Virus record (IMG/VR): IMGVR_UViG_3300018915_000002
Reading direction: 5' to 3' (one strand)
DNA: 64,000 nucleotides
Source of the DNA: a virus
This document shows, in pieces, positions 36,541-45,067 of the stretch. Numbering within the stretch: the stretch's first letter is position 1; every line of letters begins with the position of its first letter. The notes under the pieces are model-generated. The model made no database searches, was not told the DNA's origin, and saw only the letters and a program-made list of their open reading frames with translations. The translations under genes and the position numbers were made by a program.

Positions 36541-37236
36541 TCAAGGGCGGTAATGCGCGATCGCACCTTCTAACTGATCTATCAGTCTTTCTCGTACCCC
36601 ACTTTGGCTGAGTATCTTGCAATTCTTCCCGTATTGGATGACTTCTCGGATGAACCAGAAAGTGCTAGTGATTTGACGAGTGATGACTTTGGTTTTCTTG
36701 TCCCAGTAATCTAGGCGATCATTCGGTTGCAGGACGTAGGCATGTGCTAGCCAGCCGTAAAGCTCAAACTGTACAGGTAGAACTTCCAGCCCCTCCCTCC
36801 AGGTTGCTGAGTCTAATGGCACAACAGCAGAATCCTCCTCAGGAATACGATCAATCCGTAGGCTCCAGTTGTGCTGAAGTCCTGGGATGTCTTGGTTGTT
36901 TTCAGTCTGGTCGCACCAGCATTCCAGGTAATGCCGTTTTTCTCGATATACAACCTCGGCATACCGAGCGGTGAAGGTGAAAAATCGCCCTGCTGCGTCA
37001 ACGTAGCTGAGGTGGAAGGGGACTTTGTTTGTAATCAGTTCAAGGATTTCCGTCGCTCTCTTGTTGTTTAAGTCAGCAGGCTTGCTAACCTGCACCTCTC
37101 GGTAGGCGATCGCTTTATACAATGCCGTCTGATTCCCTCGATCTCCCCAGTTGAATCCCTGTTCCTGTGCGATCAATTCAAACTGTTGTTGTTCCTGTTC
37201 GGTGACATTTAGCTGTACGGTGTTGCGCTTGCTCAT
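36541..37236 (-). CDS. WYL-domain transcriptional regulator
   Basis: FHLSYVDAAG, YLECWCDQTE, HNWSLRIDRI, FWFIREVIQYG..C.ILS...VR (WCX). Confidence 0.85.
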   Translation of the reverse strand: MSKRNTVQLNVTEQEQQQFELIAQEQGFNWGDRGNQTALYKAIAYREVQVSKPADLNNKRATEILELITNKVPFHLSYVDAAGRFFTFTARYAEVVYREKRHYLECWCDQTENNQDIPGLQHNWSLRIDRIPEEDSAVVPLDSATWREGLEVLPVQFELYGWLAHAYVLQPNDRLDYWDKKTKVITRQITSTFWFIREVIQYGKNCKILSQSGVRERLIDQLEGAIAHYRP

Positions 37237-37250
37237 TGACTTTTGTGTGA

Positions 37251-37280
37251 TAGCAGGATAGAAATAATTCTATCCTGCTA
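37251..37280. promoter_or_regulatory. Perfect 13-bp inverted repeat, putative WYL operator
   Basis: TAGCAGGATAGAA-ATAA-TTCTATCCTGCTA in the 60-bp divergent gap. Confidence 0.7.
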
Positions 37281-37296
37281 AACTGCTAAAATAGGA

Positions 37297-38058
37297 ATGA
37301 ACCCACAAAAGGAACGAATGCTTTGTTTGTTCGATAAGGATGGAACGCTGGTTGAAACCAAGTCTGGGAAACCGTTTCCTAAGCTTGGCGATCAGCGACT
37401 GATTCCCGGTGTCAAGGAACGAATTAGTGCCTTGGCTTTGACTGGCAGCATCATTGCCGTCACCAGCAACCAAGCTGGCATTGAGAAGGGGTATAAGAGC
37501 TTGGAGGATGCGATCGCAGAGTTTCAAGAACTGATGCAGTTATTACCCGAAGTCTCGGCTTGCTATTTTTGCCCCAATTTCTCTGGAAGCAAATGCTTCT
37601 ACGTTAATAAGGAAGGGCGAGTTGTAGCTGTCCACGAACAGTGGAAAAAGTACAGTGATTTGATCGGTCGCTTCAGGAAACCCAATCCAGGGATGCTTTT
37701 GTTGGCTATCGAACACGAACTATGGACATCTATGCTTGGGCAAAGGAAGCCGAACAAAGATGTCGCTTGCTACACAGGCGATCGCCCAGAGGATGAAAGG
37801 GCAGCCTATTTGGCTGATGTGCCATATCAGCACGTCACTGATTGGCTGCTAGATCACAACATGACGCACGGAGGAGATTGGAATTATCAAATTCTGGTGA
37901 CAACCCCTGAGTATGTCAGGGTGAAGACTTATGTCTATGCCCTCAATCAAATTGAAGCCATCGACTTCGCCAAACGCAATGCTTCTGCTCTGCTTAATTC
38001 AGGACAGGAGCTTGAGGATTTAAGCGAGTGGAAGACTGAATTTCTGAAGATGCCGTAA
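37297..38058 (+). CDS. HAD-IIIA phosphatase (GmhB / polynucleotide 3'-phosphatase-like)
   Basis: FDKDGTL, SNQAG, RKPNPGML, GDRPEDE.AA..A. Confidence 0.85.
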   Translation: MNPQKERMLCLFDKDGTLVETKSGKPFPKLGDQRLIPGVKERISALALTGSIIAVTSNQAGIEKGYKSLEDAIAEFQELMQLLPEVSACYFCPNFSGSKCFYVNKEGRVVAVHEQWKKYSDLIGRFRKPNPGMLLLAIEHELWTSMLGQRKPNKDVACYTGDRPEDERAAYLADVPYQHVTDWLLDHNMTHGGDWNYQILVTTPEYVRVKTYVYALNQIEAIDFAKRNASALLNSGQELEDLSEWKTEFLKMP

Positions 38059-38082
38059 CTGGAAAATAAGAAAAGCAAAATC

Positions 38083-38346
38083 ATGATAACTTACGCTTAC
38101 AACGTCCAACTAAAATCAGACAGATCTCAGCTTCTTCTGCAATCCGTTGTATCCACAAATGAAGGGATACAAATAGGTGTTCTGCCAAATTCAGATGTTG
38201 AACAAGAATATGTAGAACGAAGAAATCCGGAAACCGGAGACATTTTATGGTGCAAGGCTGAGGACTACTATGAAGACAGCGAAGGGTTGTTGCAATTCTT
38301 GGCTGGCGAAGGGATTCAAGGTAATCCCTTTACGGAGACAACCTGA
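38083..38346 (+). CDS. Hypothetical protein
   Basis: AAAAGCAAAATCATG leader. Confidence 0.65.
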   Translation: MITYAYNVQLKSDRSQLLLQSVVSTNEGIQIGVLPNSDVEQEYVERRNPETGDILWCKAEDYYEDSEGLLQFLAGEGIQGNPFTETT

Positions 38347-38374
38347 TAATTACGGCAGTGAATGAAGCAAAACC

Positions 38375-38695
38375 ATGAACCAACATCAATCTCAAGATGA
38401 ATCTGAGCTTCAAAAACTCAGAGATGCAATCAACCACTACGTGGGATATATTGCGCGATCGCAGCCACGAATCAATCAGAACGATACGGCAATGCGGGAT
38501 ATATTCACGATTCTTGCCAAGGCATCGTATGAAAATGGCAATGATTGGGGCTTCGTTGAACAATTAACCCTAACCCTTTGGGACTTTGATCCAGAACTTG
38601 CCAATGTAATTGATGGTATCCGGATGAAGCGCATTGAATCTGGACAATACAGAGCAAATGTTCAACCTTGGATCGAAGGAGATAGCAATGAGTAA
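38375..38695 (+). CDS. Hypothetical protein
   Basis: GAAGCAAAACCATG leader. Confidence 0.65.
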   Translation: MNQHQSQDESELQKLRDAINHYVGYIARSQPRINQNDTAMRDIFTILAKASYENGNDWGFVEQLTLTLWDFDPELANVIDGIRMKRIESGQYRANVQPWIEGDSNE

Positions 38696-38978
38696 CTCGA
38701 TTGCAAGCACCCTAGATCTTCTACAGAAGGAATTCCCAAACCTAGAGTGGAAAGGATATCACCGTAATATAGACGAAGTCCATTTCTTTACTGCCGAATT
38801 CTGCGGCTGGTGGAAACTAATGGTACAAGTTCTCCCCAATGGCTGTATGGCAATACTTTCAATTCCAAAGTGTTGCCAAATAGCTGGTTCCCCCAATGAG
38901 CCAGGTAAAACATTGGAAGAAGTAGTGTCTTATATCAGGAATGAGTGGGACAAAATAGCTCACGCAATGAGCAAATAA
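38688..38978 (+). CDS. Hypothetical protein
   Basis: Start placed at MSNSIAS after AAGGAG; terminator follows at 38994-39023. Confidence 0.6.
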   Translation: MSNSIASTLDLLQKEFPNLEWKGYHRNIDEVHFFTAEFCGWWKLMVQVLPNGCMAILSIPKCCQIAGSPNEPGKTLEEVVSYIRNEWDKIAHAMSK

Positions 38979-39044
38979 TCACACATTTATGTGAAAAGCC
39001 TCGGTATTTTACCGAGGCTTTTTCTGTATCTACAAGGAGAAATC

Positions 39045-40721
39045 ATGATTGAGAAGTATCAATCAGCCCAGATAATTCCAAGCATCATCCAAACTTCTAA
39101 CGGCGACTATGCCCTACTGCTCTGGGACAAGGCAGTGGATCAAGACATTGTCACGGCTATCGAGCAGGGTCACACACTCGGCAACTACTGTTTGATTGGG
39201 GTTAGCGAAACGCCTTATGGCCCACTTTCTTGGATGTTATCTGCCATCGGTACAGTGGAGGAGTTCGCTGACCCTAATTCCACCCTGTTCTGGTTTGACT
39301 ATATTGTTAATCCAGGAAAAATCACCAGCTACGAGAAGCGCTGGTTCAAGATATTGAGCAAGCAATCTTCCCTGAGTCTTGGCATCCCATTAGGGACAAA
39401 AATTCGCCCCAACGGACTGATCTCTGACCGCACACTGGCGACATACCTTGAAGGCATCAACCACGCGATCGCTCATTGGCATATTGGCTGCGACTATGCC
39501 GCCGCTGTGGAGTGGCTCTGGAAGAATGAACTGGATGAACTCGTCAATGAAGCGATGCGAGAAATTCCCCAGAAGTACGGAAACCGCAATGGACAGGAAG
39601 TATTGGTTGATTGCTTAGGGCAAGCCGCCACTACTGTTTTAGATTCGGCTCATCCCCTGTGCCAGATTTATGAGCAGGGGCAGTTAGGGACGTATCTCCA
39701 AGCGTGGAAAAAGACAATTTCATTGAGTGATCTTAAAGAGCGATCGCAAGACCCAGCAGAAAACCTCAAACGAGACTGGCTTTTTGCCTCCACCTGCTTG
39801 ACCAAAAGTGAAAATCCCCTCAAGATTGCCGTGGGGTCTATCAATGGAACATGGATCTGGGCAGACTTTCCTTACAAGAGTAGTCGCCCAGAGTCCCTCT
39901 ATCTCCTGAGTAAGACTTACCGCTATTTGTTGGGGCATAACTTCAAGCCTTTGCTACATCGCAATGATGCTCTACTAAATCATCTTGAGCTTCCTGCCGT
40001 CGCCTCTTTAGGCAAAATACCCCAGCGCTCTTCCTTTGATCAAGTTGGCCGCATTCTCCAGGGAGCCATTCTTGACCGTGAGTTCGCCCTCCTTCAGCCA
40101 ACAGCAATCCTCGTAGGCAAACGGGGACTAGAAGAGGTTGAATATCACCCATTGACTAGGGGTGGTGTTTCCTGCCTCTTCAAGGTCAGGTTGATGGCAG
40201 ACTCTAATCGTGGGACGAATCTAGTCCTCGTTGGAAAACTGAACGCGGCTTCAGGAGTAATAGAAGCAATTGGGATAAAGGAAACTCCTGAGGTTAAGTT
40301 GATTTTGTTCCTCGTTGCGATAGCCTACCGAGATATCTTGGTTGCTCGGAATGCCGCAACTGTCCCAAGTAAGGGACGTGAAGGGAAGGGTAAATCCCCT
40401 CGTCGTTCACTAAGTCCCCCTGTGAAACTTGTGGCTCGTGTCAAGCAGTCCAGGACACAGATCCAGGAAACTTTTGCTGACCCACAGCAGTTGGTGCAGT
40501 CCTTACGAAAGTACAGCAGCTATCTACGGTCATGCCACCTGCGCCGTCTTCACGAAGGCTGGAATGCTTCTGAAAAGGCACTAAAGGTTGCTGAGCAATA
40601 TCAGTGGCTTGTTCCAGAAGGATTCACATTCGTGAAGCCAGCCATAGTTGAGGGGGATAGCGAGTTTAAGCTCAGGGAAGAATTCAAGTCCATATCCTTG
40701 ATGGATTTGCTATTTGGTTGA
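39045..40721 (+). CDS. Large hypothetical phage protein
   Basis: AAGGAG ribosome-binding site; C-terminal HLRRL..GW.AS...A...VPEGFTFVKP. Confidence 0.75.
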   Translation: MIEKYQSAQIIPSIIQTSNGDYALLLWDKAVDQDIVTAIEQGHTLGNYCLIGVSETPYGPLSWMLSAIGTVEEFADPNSTLFWFDYIVNPGKITSYEKRWFKILSKQSSLSLGIPLGTKIRPNGLISDRTLATYLEGINHAIAHWHIGCDYAAAVEWLWKNELDELVNEAMREIPQKYGNRNGQEVLVDCLGQAATTVLDSAHPLCQIYEQGQLGTYLQAWKKTISLSDLKERSQDPAENLKRDWLFASTCLTKSENPLKIAVGSINGTWIWADFPYKSSRPESLYLLSKTYRYLLGHNFKPLLHRNDALLNHLELPAVASLGKIPQRSSFDQVGRILQGAILDREFALLQPTAILVGKRGLEEVEYHPLTRGGVSCLFKVRLMADSNRGTNLVLVGKLNAASGVIEAIGIKETPEVKLILFLVAIAYRDILVARNAATVPSKGREGKGKSPRRSLSPPVKLVARVKQSRTQIQETFADPQQLVQSLRKYSSYLRSCHLRRLHEGWNASEKALKVAEQYQWLVPEGFTFVKPAIVEGDSEFKLREEFKSISLMDLLFG

Positions 40722-40809
40722 ATGTTCCGCAGTGGATTTAAACTTAGATCCACTGCGTTTCTTCTGTCCACTTCGCTTTAAACTTAAAGAGCCTTGGCTC
40801 GAACCGAAA

Positions 40810-41883
40810 ATGATGGACTTCATGCCCCACGGGGCTTGCTATCTCTGGGACGGAAAAATCATACTACTACACGTAGTTAGTGATGCTGGCATTGCTTTAG
40901 CGTATTTGTGCCTTCCGTTACTGCTTTGGCACTTTTCCCGGAAACGCAAAGACATCCCGTTTTCCTGGCTCTTCGCCATGTTTGGTGCATTTATTCTGAG
41001 TTGCGGCTCAACGCATCTTATGGGTATTTGGACATTGTGGCATCCCAGTTATTTGGCGGATGGATTACTCAAATTGGCGACAGCGGTAATCAGCCTAATG
41101 ACTGCGATCGCCCTTTTCACCCATCTGCCTGAGGTAATTGCCCTACCCTCTCCCTCTCAGATGTCCGAAAAGGAGCAACAACTGGAGGCGGCTTTGAAGA
41201 AGGAGCGGGAAATTAATGAATTTCGTCGGCGTATTGTCTCTACAGTGGCGCATGAGTATCGAACCCCACTAACGTCTATCCTCTCCTCTGCTGAACTGGT
41301 AGAGCGCTATCCAACTGGCAAGCGCTCAGTCCAGCACTTTGAAAATATTAGGAGAAAAATCACCTACCTTTCCAAGCTAATTGATGATGCCCTGATTCTA
41401 GATAAAGCTGAATCCGGGAGGTTGGAATTTCAACCTACTGAAATCGACGCAATTTCATGGTGTAGCGAGGTTCTTGCGGAATTAGATTGGGGAAAGCACA
41501 CGTTGCAGCTCAGTGCATTAGATGAGGCAGTAGGCTTATTCGATTTACGACTACTCAATGCCCTAGTTACCAATCTGGTGTACAACGCTTGTAAGTATTC
41601 CGATCCGGAATCTATTGTTTATGTTCGGCTACAAAGGGGTAACGAATCATTTATTTTGGAAGTTGAAGATCAGGGGATTGGCATTCCACTTGAGGATATT
41701 CCCCGCATTTTTGAATCTTACTTTCGAGCAGCCAATGTTGATTCTGCCCCTGGCACTGGTGTTGGACTTTCTATTGTGCAAGGATGTGTTAATCTCCACG
41801 ACGGCACTATCTCTGTTGTGAGCGAAGTGGGAGTTGGTACAACCTTTCGGGTTGTTTTGCCCCTGCGCCACGGAACTCCGTGA
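40810..41883 (+). CDS. Sensor histidine kinase with ethylene-receptor-type (ETR1-like) transmembrane domain
   Basis: FMPHGACYLW, SDAGIALAY, FILSCGSTHLM; HisKA HEYRTPL; HATPase NACKYS, DQGIGIP, GTGVGL, GTTF. Confidence 0.88.
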   Translation: MMDFMPHGACYLWDGKIILLHVVSDAGIALAYLCLPLLLWHFSRKRKDIPFSWLFAMFGAFILSCGSTHLMGIWTLWHPSYLADGLLKLATAVISLMTAIALFTHLPEVIALPSPSQMSEKEQQLEAALKKEREINEFRRRIVSTVAHEYRTPLTSILSSAELVERYPTGKRSVQHFENIRRKITYLSKLIDDALILDKAESGRLEFQPTEIDAISWCSEVLAELDWGKHTLQLSALDEAVGLFDLRLLNALVTNLVYNACKYSDPESIVYVRLQRGNESFILEVEDQGIGIPLEDIPRIFESYFRAANVDSAPGTGVGLSIVQGCVNLHDGTISVVSEVGVGTTFRVVLPLRHGTP

Positions 41884-41929
41884 TAACGATTGCGTTACAA
41901 TAGAGGCAAGAGTTTTTCGGAAAATTGAA

Positions 41930-42811
41930 ATGTTCAAAAAAGCGACCAGAGAAAACCTTTTTCTGAAGATTGCATTGGTCGGTTCTCCAGGTAGCGGAAA
42001 GACCTTTTCCGCTTTGGCGATTGCAAGTCAATTCACAGATAAAATTGCTGTAATTGACACTGAGCGTGGTAGTTCACGTTTATATTCAAATCAGTTTGAC
42101 TTTGACATGTGTGAACTAACAGAACATAAACCGTTCAATTATGTTGAGGCAGTAAATGCTGCTCTAGAGATGGGATATGGAGCAATCATTATTGATAGCT
42201 TGTCTCACGCTTGGTTCGCTGAATTAGAGATGATTCAGGGGCGAAACACGTTTGCGGCTTGGGCGAAAGTTAGACCACAAGAAAGGGTATTAATTGAAAC
42301 CATCATCTCTGCCAAATCCCACATCATTGTAACGATGAGGGAAAAAACTGAATGGGACACATCTCAAAAAGATGAAGCGGGAAAGGTAAAGCCAGTCAAA
42401 GTTGGAACCAAAGCTATCCAAGCCGTCGGGATTGAGTACGAGTTTGATATCGTTGGACGAATCAACCAAGAACACGTATTAGCGATTACGAAAACTCGTT
42501 TTCCTGCGATCGCTAACCGCTCGTTCCCAAATCCCGGTAAGGCATTGGCTACAGAACTAAAAATTTCGATGGGGCTAGAGCAACCCTCTGTCGCTCCCAG
42601 CTTAATTCGATCAGATCAGCCAATTGATCCGACACAAGCCAATGAACAAATAATGGAGGAACTAAAGCGCATTGGCTGGTCAAAACAGGATGCCCAAGCA
42701 TACCTGGATCGGGTTTATAAAAAGACTTCGCGATCACATCTTACTGAGGCAGAACTACTGGAGTTTCTGTCCCACCTTCAGAGCCAACCGGAAAGCACGG
42801 CTCCTGTTTAA
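41930..42811 (+). CDS. AAA_24 / Sak4-like P-loop ATPase (phage recombination)
   Basis: GSPGSGKT, IDTERGS, IIIDSLSH.W, EYEFD. Confidence 0.8.
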   Translation: MFKKATRENLFLKIALVGSPGSGKTFSALAIASQFTDKIAVIDTERGSSRLYSNQFDFDMCELTEHKPFNYVEAVNAALEMGYGAIIIDSLSHAWFAELEMIQGRNTFAAWAKVRPQERVLIETIISAKSHIIVTMREKTEWDTSQKDEAGKVKPVKVGTKAIQAVGIEYEFDIVGRINQEHVLAITKTRFPAIANRSFPNPGKALATELKISMGLEQPSVAPSLIRSDQPIDPTQANEQIMEELKRIGWSKQDAQAYLDRVYKKTSRSHLTEAELLEFLSHLQSQPESTAPV

Positions 42812-42883
42812 ATCTTTCCCATGAAAAAGCCGCACTCGTCTGAGTGCGGCTTTTTGTTGCGTATGCCCACGGAACTCCGTGGT

Positions 42884-43111
42884 TCAATGCTTGATGACAA
42901 AGGCAACACCATTAGGCATTCCATCTGGTGCCTCTGGATGGTGCTTCAATTCGCTTAGAGCCTCATCAAAGTGCTTGGCACAGCAAAATAGTTCGCCTGC
43001 GACATCTAAGGGAATGTCTCTAGTTTTTACGCCTTCGAGTACTTCTTGGATATTGGCAAGGTTGGCTACCCTTGTTTCTTCGATTTTTGCTACTAATTCT
43101 GGCTTGTTCAT
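42884..43111 (-). CDS. Hypothetical protein
   Basis: 75 aa with GGAGG ribosome-binding site. Confidence 0.6.
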   Translation of the reverse strand: MNKPELVAKIEETRVANLANIQEVLEGVKTRDIPLDVAGELFCCAKHFDEALSELKHHPEAPDGMPNGVAFVIKH

Positions 43112-43257
43112 ATTTTTGCCTCCGGTTCATCTTAATATTAGCGCTTCATGCGATCGCTTGTCTCATTATAGTCTTCAGCTTGTTACAAGAACACAAAAAG
43201 AAACACCCATTCAAGGCTTGCCTTGAATGGGTGTTTGCATCCGGTGGGATTGCAATG

Positions 43258-43710
43258 TTATTGGAAGTATTCCTCAACTTCCTTAATGAATGCAGCCTTA
43301 TTGGCTGCGAATTCTCGTCCAATCTTCTCGAAATTAACGTTTTGTGTTGACATCGAGGTGAGATTTTGTGCTGCTGAAAGGCAAGCGGGTTTCCCTACTT
43401 TCTCAAGCGCTTCGCACACAAGTGGGTTGTAGTAGTGGTATTCGTTGACTACCCATGTCGGATAGCCGTTCCCACTGATTTGCCCGTAGAAAGCCTTCAG
43501 CATATAGGCGTTCCGCTCTGCTTCAGGCAGAGTCTTAAAAAACTCGACCTCTCTGACCCGCCAAGGGGTCTTAATCTTAGTCGGCGAAAGCTTCTCTTCT
43601 CTCCTCGCCGTCTCCCAAAACATCTGCCACTTCTCAGTAGCTACTTGAGCAAGATTCCAGAAATTGGAATCCTCTGTGAATCGGGACACAGAGATTGTTT
43701 GTGTTTTCAT
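43258..43710 (-). CDS. Hypothetical protein
   Basis: 150 aa. Confidence 0.6.
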   Translation of the reverse strand: MKTQTISVSRFTEDSNFWNLAQVATEKWQMFWETARREEKLSPTKIKTPWRVREVEFFKTLPEAERNAYMLKAFYGQISGNGYPTWVVNEYHYYNPLVCEALEKVGKPACLSAAQNLTSMSTQNVNFEKIGREFAANKAAFIKEVEEYFQ

Positions 43711-43807
43711 AATAAATAGCGAATGTTGCTATACTCATTATAGCCAAGTCTTGTTATAACATCAATGGTTTTGTTACAATCGTAATAGGTCAATTATTAG
43801 CAAAATC

Positions 43808-44338
43808 ATGACGCATTTAGATACGATCGCTGCCTCTTACCAATCTGTTATCAATCAGATGGTTGAACGACTTAAGGAAATTCTCAAGGAAACCCAAACG
43901 CCTATAGATGGACTTACAGCCCAAGAGATCATTTGCTCTGATGATTGTTCCATCTGGGAACCCTTCATCTCCTTGGCTCGAAATTACAGTTCTTGTCTCC
44001 AAGGCTTTGACGTAATTCCCAGTGAGGTTGAGCGAGAGTGCGTTGAGAGTGCGATCGCTCAGCACAGGAAACAGAGGGAGTTGAGTTATCTTTTAGACAA
44101 ACTATCGGATGAGTTAATAGAATTACAGCATGTAGACATCACTTTTGCCACAGAAGCTGCGGTGAAAAAACTCATTGATCTCTGGATTCAAGTTATCCGG
44201 GATGGGCGCGAAAACCATGATTTTCGCTTAGATACCGAGGTTACGGTGAAGGAAATAGAGACTTGGTCGAGCAAGGCTGATCCTGTCCTCAAAAAGTACA
44301 GCAACAGGATTGCTCGCCTGAACGAACAACTAGGTTAA
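43808..44338 (+). CDS. Hypothetical protein (cassette)
   Basis: TGTTACAAT promoter, AGCAAAATCATG leader, palindrome-containing terminator 44355-44388. Confidence 0.7.
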   Translation: MTHLDTIAASYQSVINQMVERLKEILKETQTPIDGLTAQEIICSDDCSIWEPFISLARNYSSCLQGFDVIPSEVERECVESAIAQHRKQRELSYLLDKLSDELIELQHVDITFATEAAVKKLIDLWIQVIRDGRENHDFRLDTEVTVKEIETWSSKADPVLKKYSNRIARLNEQLG

Positions 44339-44484
44339 GAGCCTACTAGCTATTGAGCGCACCACGGAGTTCCGTGGTGCGCTTTTTGTTTGTGAGATCA
44401 AACAGACTGTTCCAACACGGAGTATGTTGCAATACATTTAGATATGTTACAATACATTTTAGAACTGTTTAAAGCAAAAACAAA

Positions 44485-44994
44485 ATGAACAAATCATTTC
44501 CTGTTTTTAGTATTGATCGTGAAGACATCAAGAACTACGGATACGATGGAGATTCTCTGACTGACGAACAGATGCAAACAATCTCAGCCAAAATGGTTGA
44601 AGAAATGTTGGATGAAGGCACCTATTTGTATTGCATCGAAAATGGCTTCACAGTCTATGATGCGGCAATTGAAAGGGTACTTAAACGACTGCATAAAGAC
44701 AAAGTCTTAGAGTACAGGATTCATCTGATGCCAACAAATTCGACTATTGTAGTAAAAGATGTTGAACGCAGTCCAGACTTTCCGTTGATAGAAGCTGCAC
44801 TCAAAAACAAGTTGTTAGTCGTTATTCTTTGTGTCCAGCAGAATAATTGGGTTAAAGTCACTTATCATTCAGCCCACCGATATCCTACGAGTGCGGATGA
44901 AGCCGCCGATCCATCTGGAAGTGATTCTTCTGTCTGGGTAGAATTAATTTCTCCTATCGATTGGGCAAACTGGGATTACGACTGGCAGTGGTAA
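44485..44994 (+). CDS. Hypothetical protein (cassette)
   Basis: TGTTACAAT promoter, AAAGCAAAAACAAAATG leader, terminator 45012-45052. Confidence 0.7.
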   Translation: MNKSFPVFSIDREDIKNYGYDGDSLTDEQMQTISAKMVEEMLDEGTYLYCIENGFTVYDAAIERVLKRLHKDKVLEYRIHLMPTNSTIVVKDVERSPDFPLIEAALKNKLLVVILCVQQNNWVKVTYHSAHRYPTSADEAADPSGSDSSVWVELISPIDWANWDYDWQW

Positions 44995-45067
44995 CCTAGT
45001 TCCTAATTAACAAAGCCGTCCCGGCGCATTATATGCATCGGAGCGGCTTTTTGTTTTGGGATTTTAT

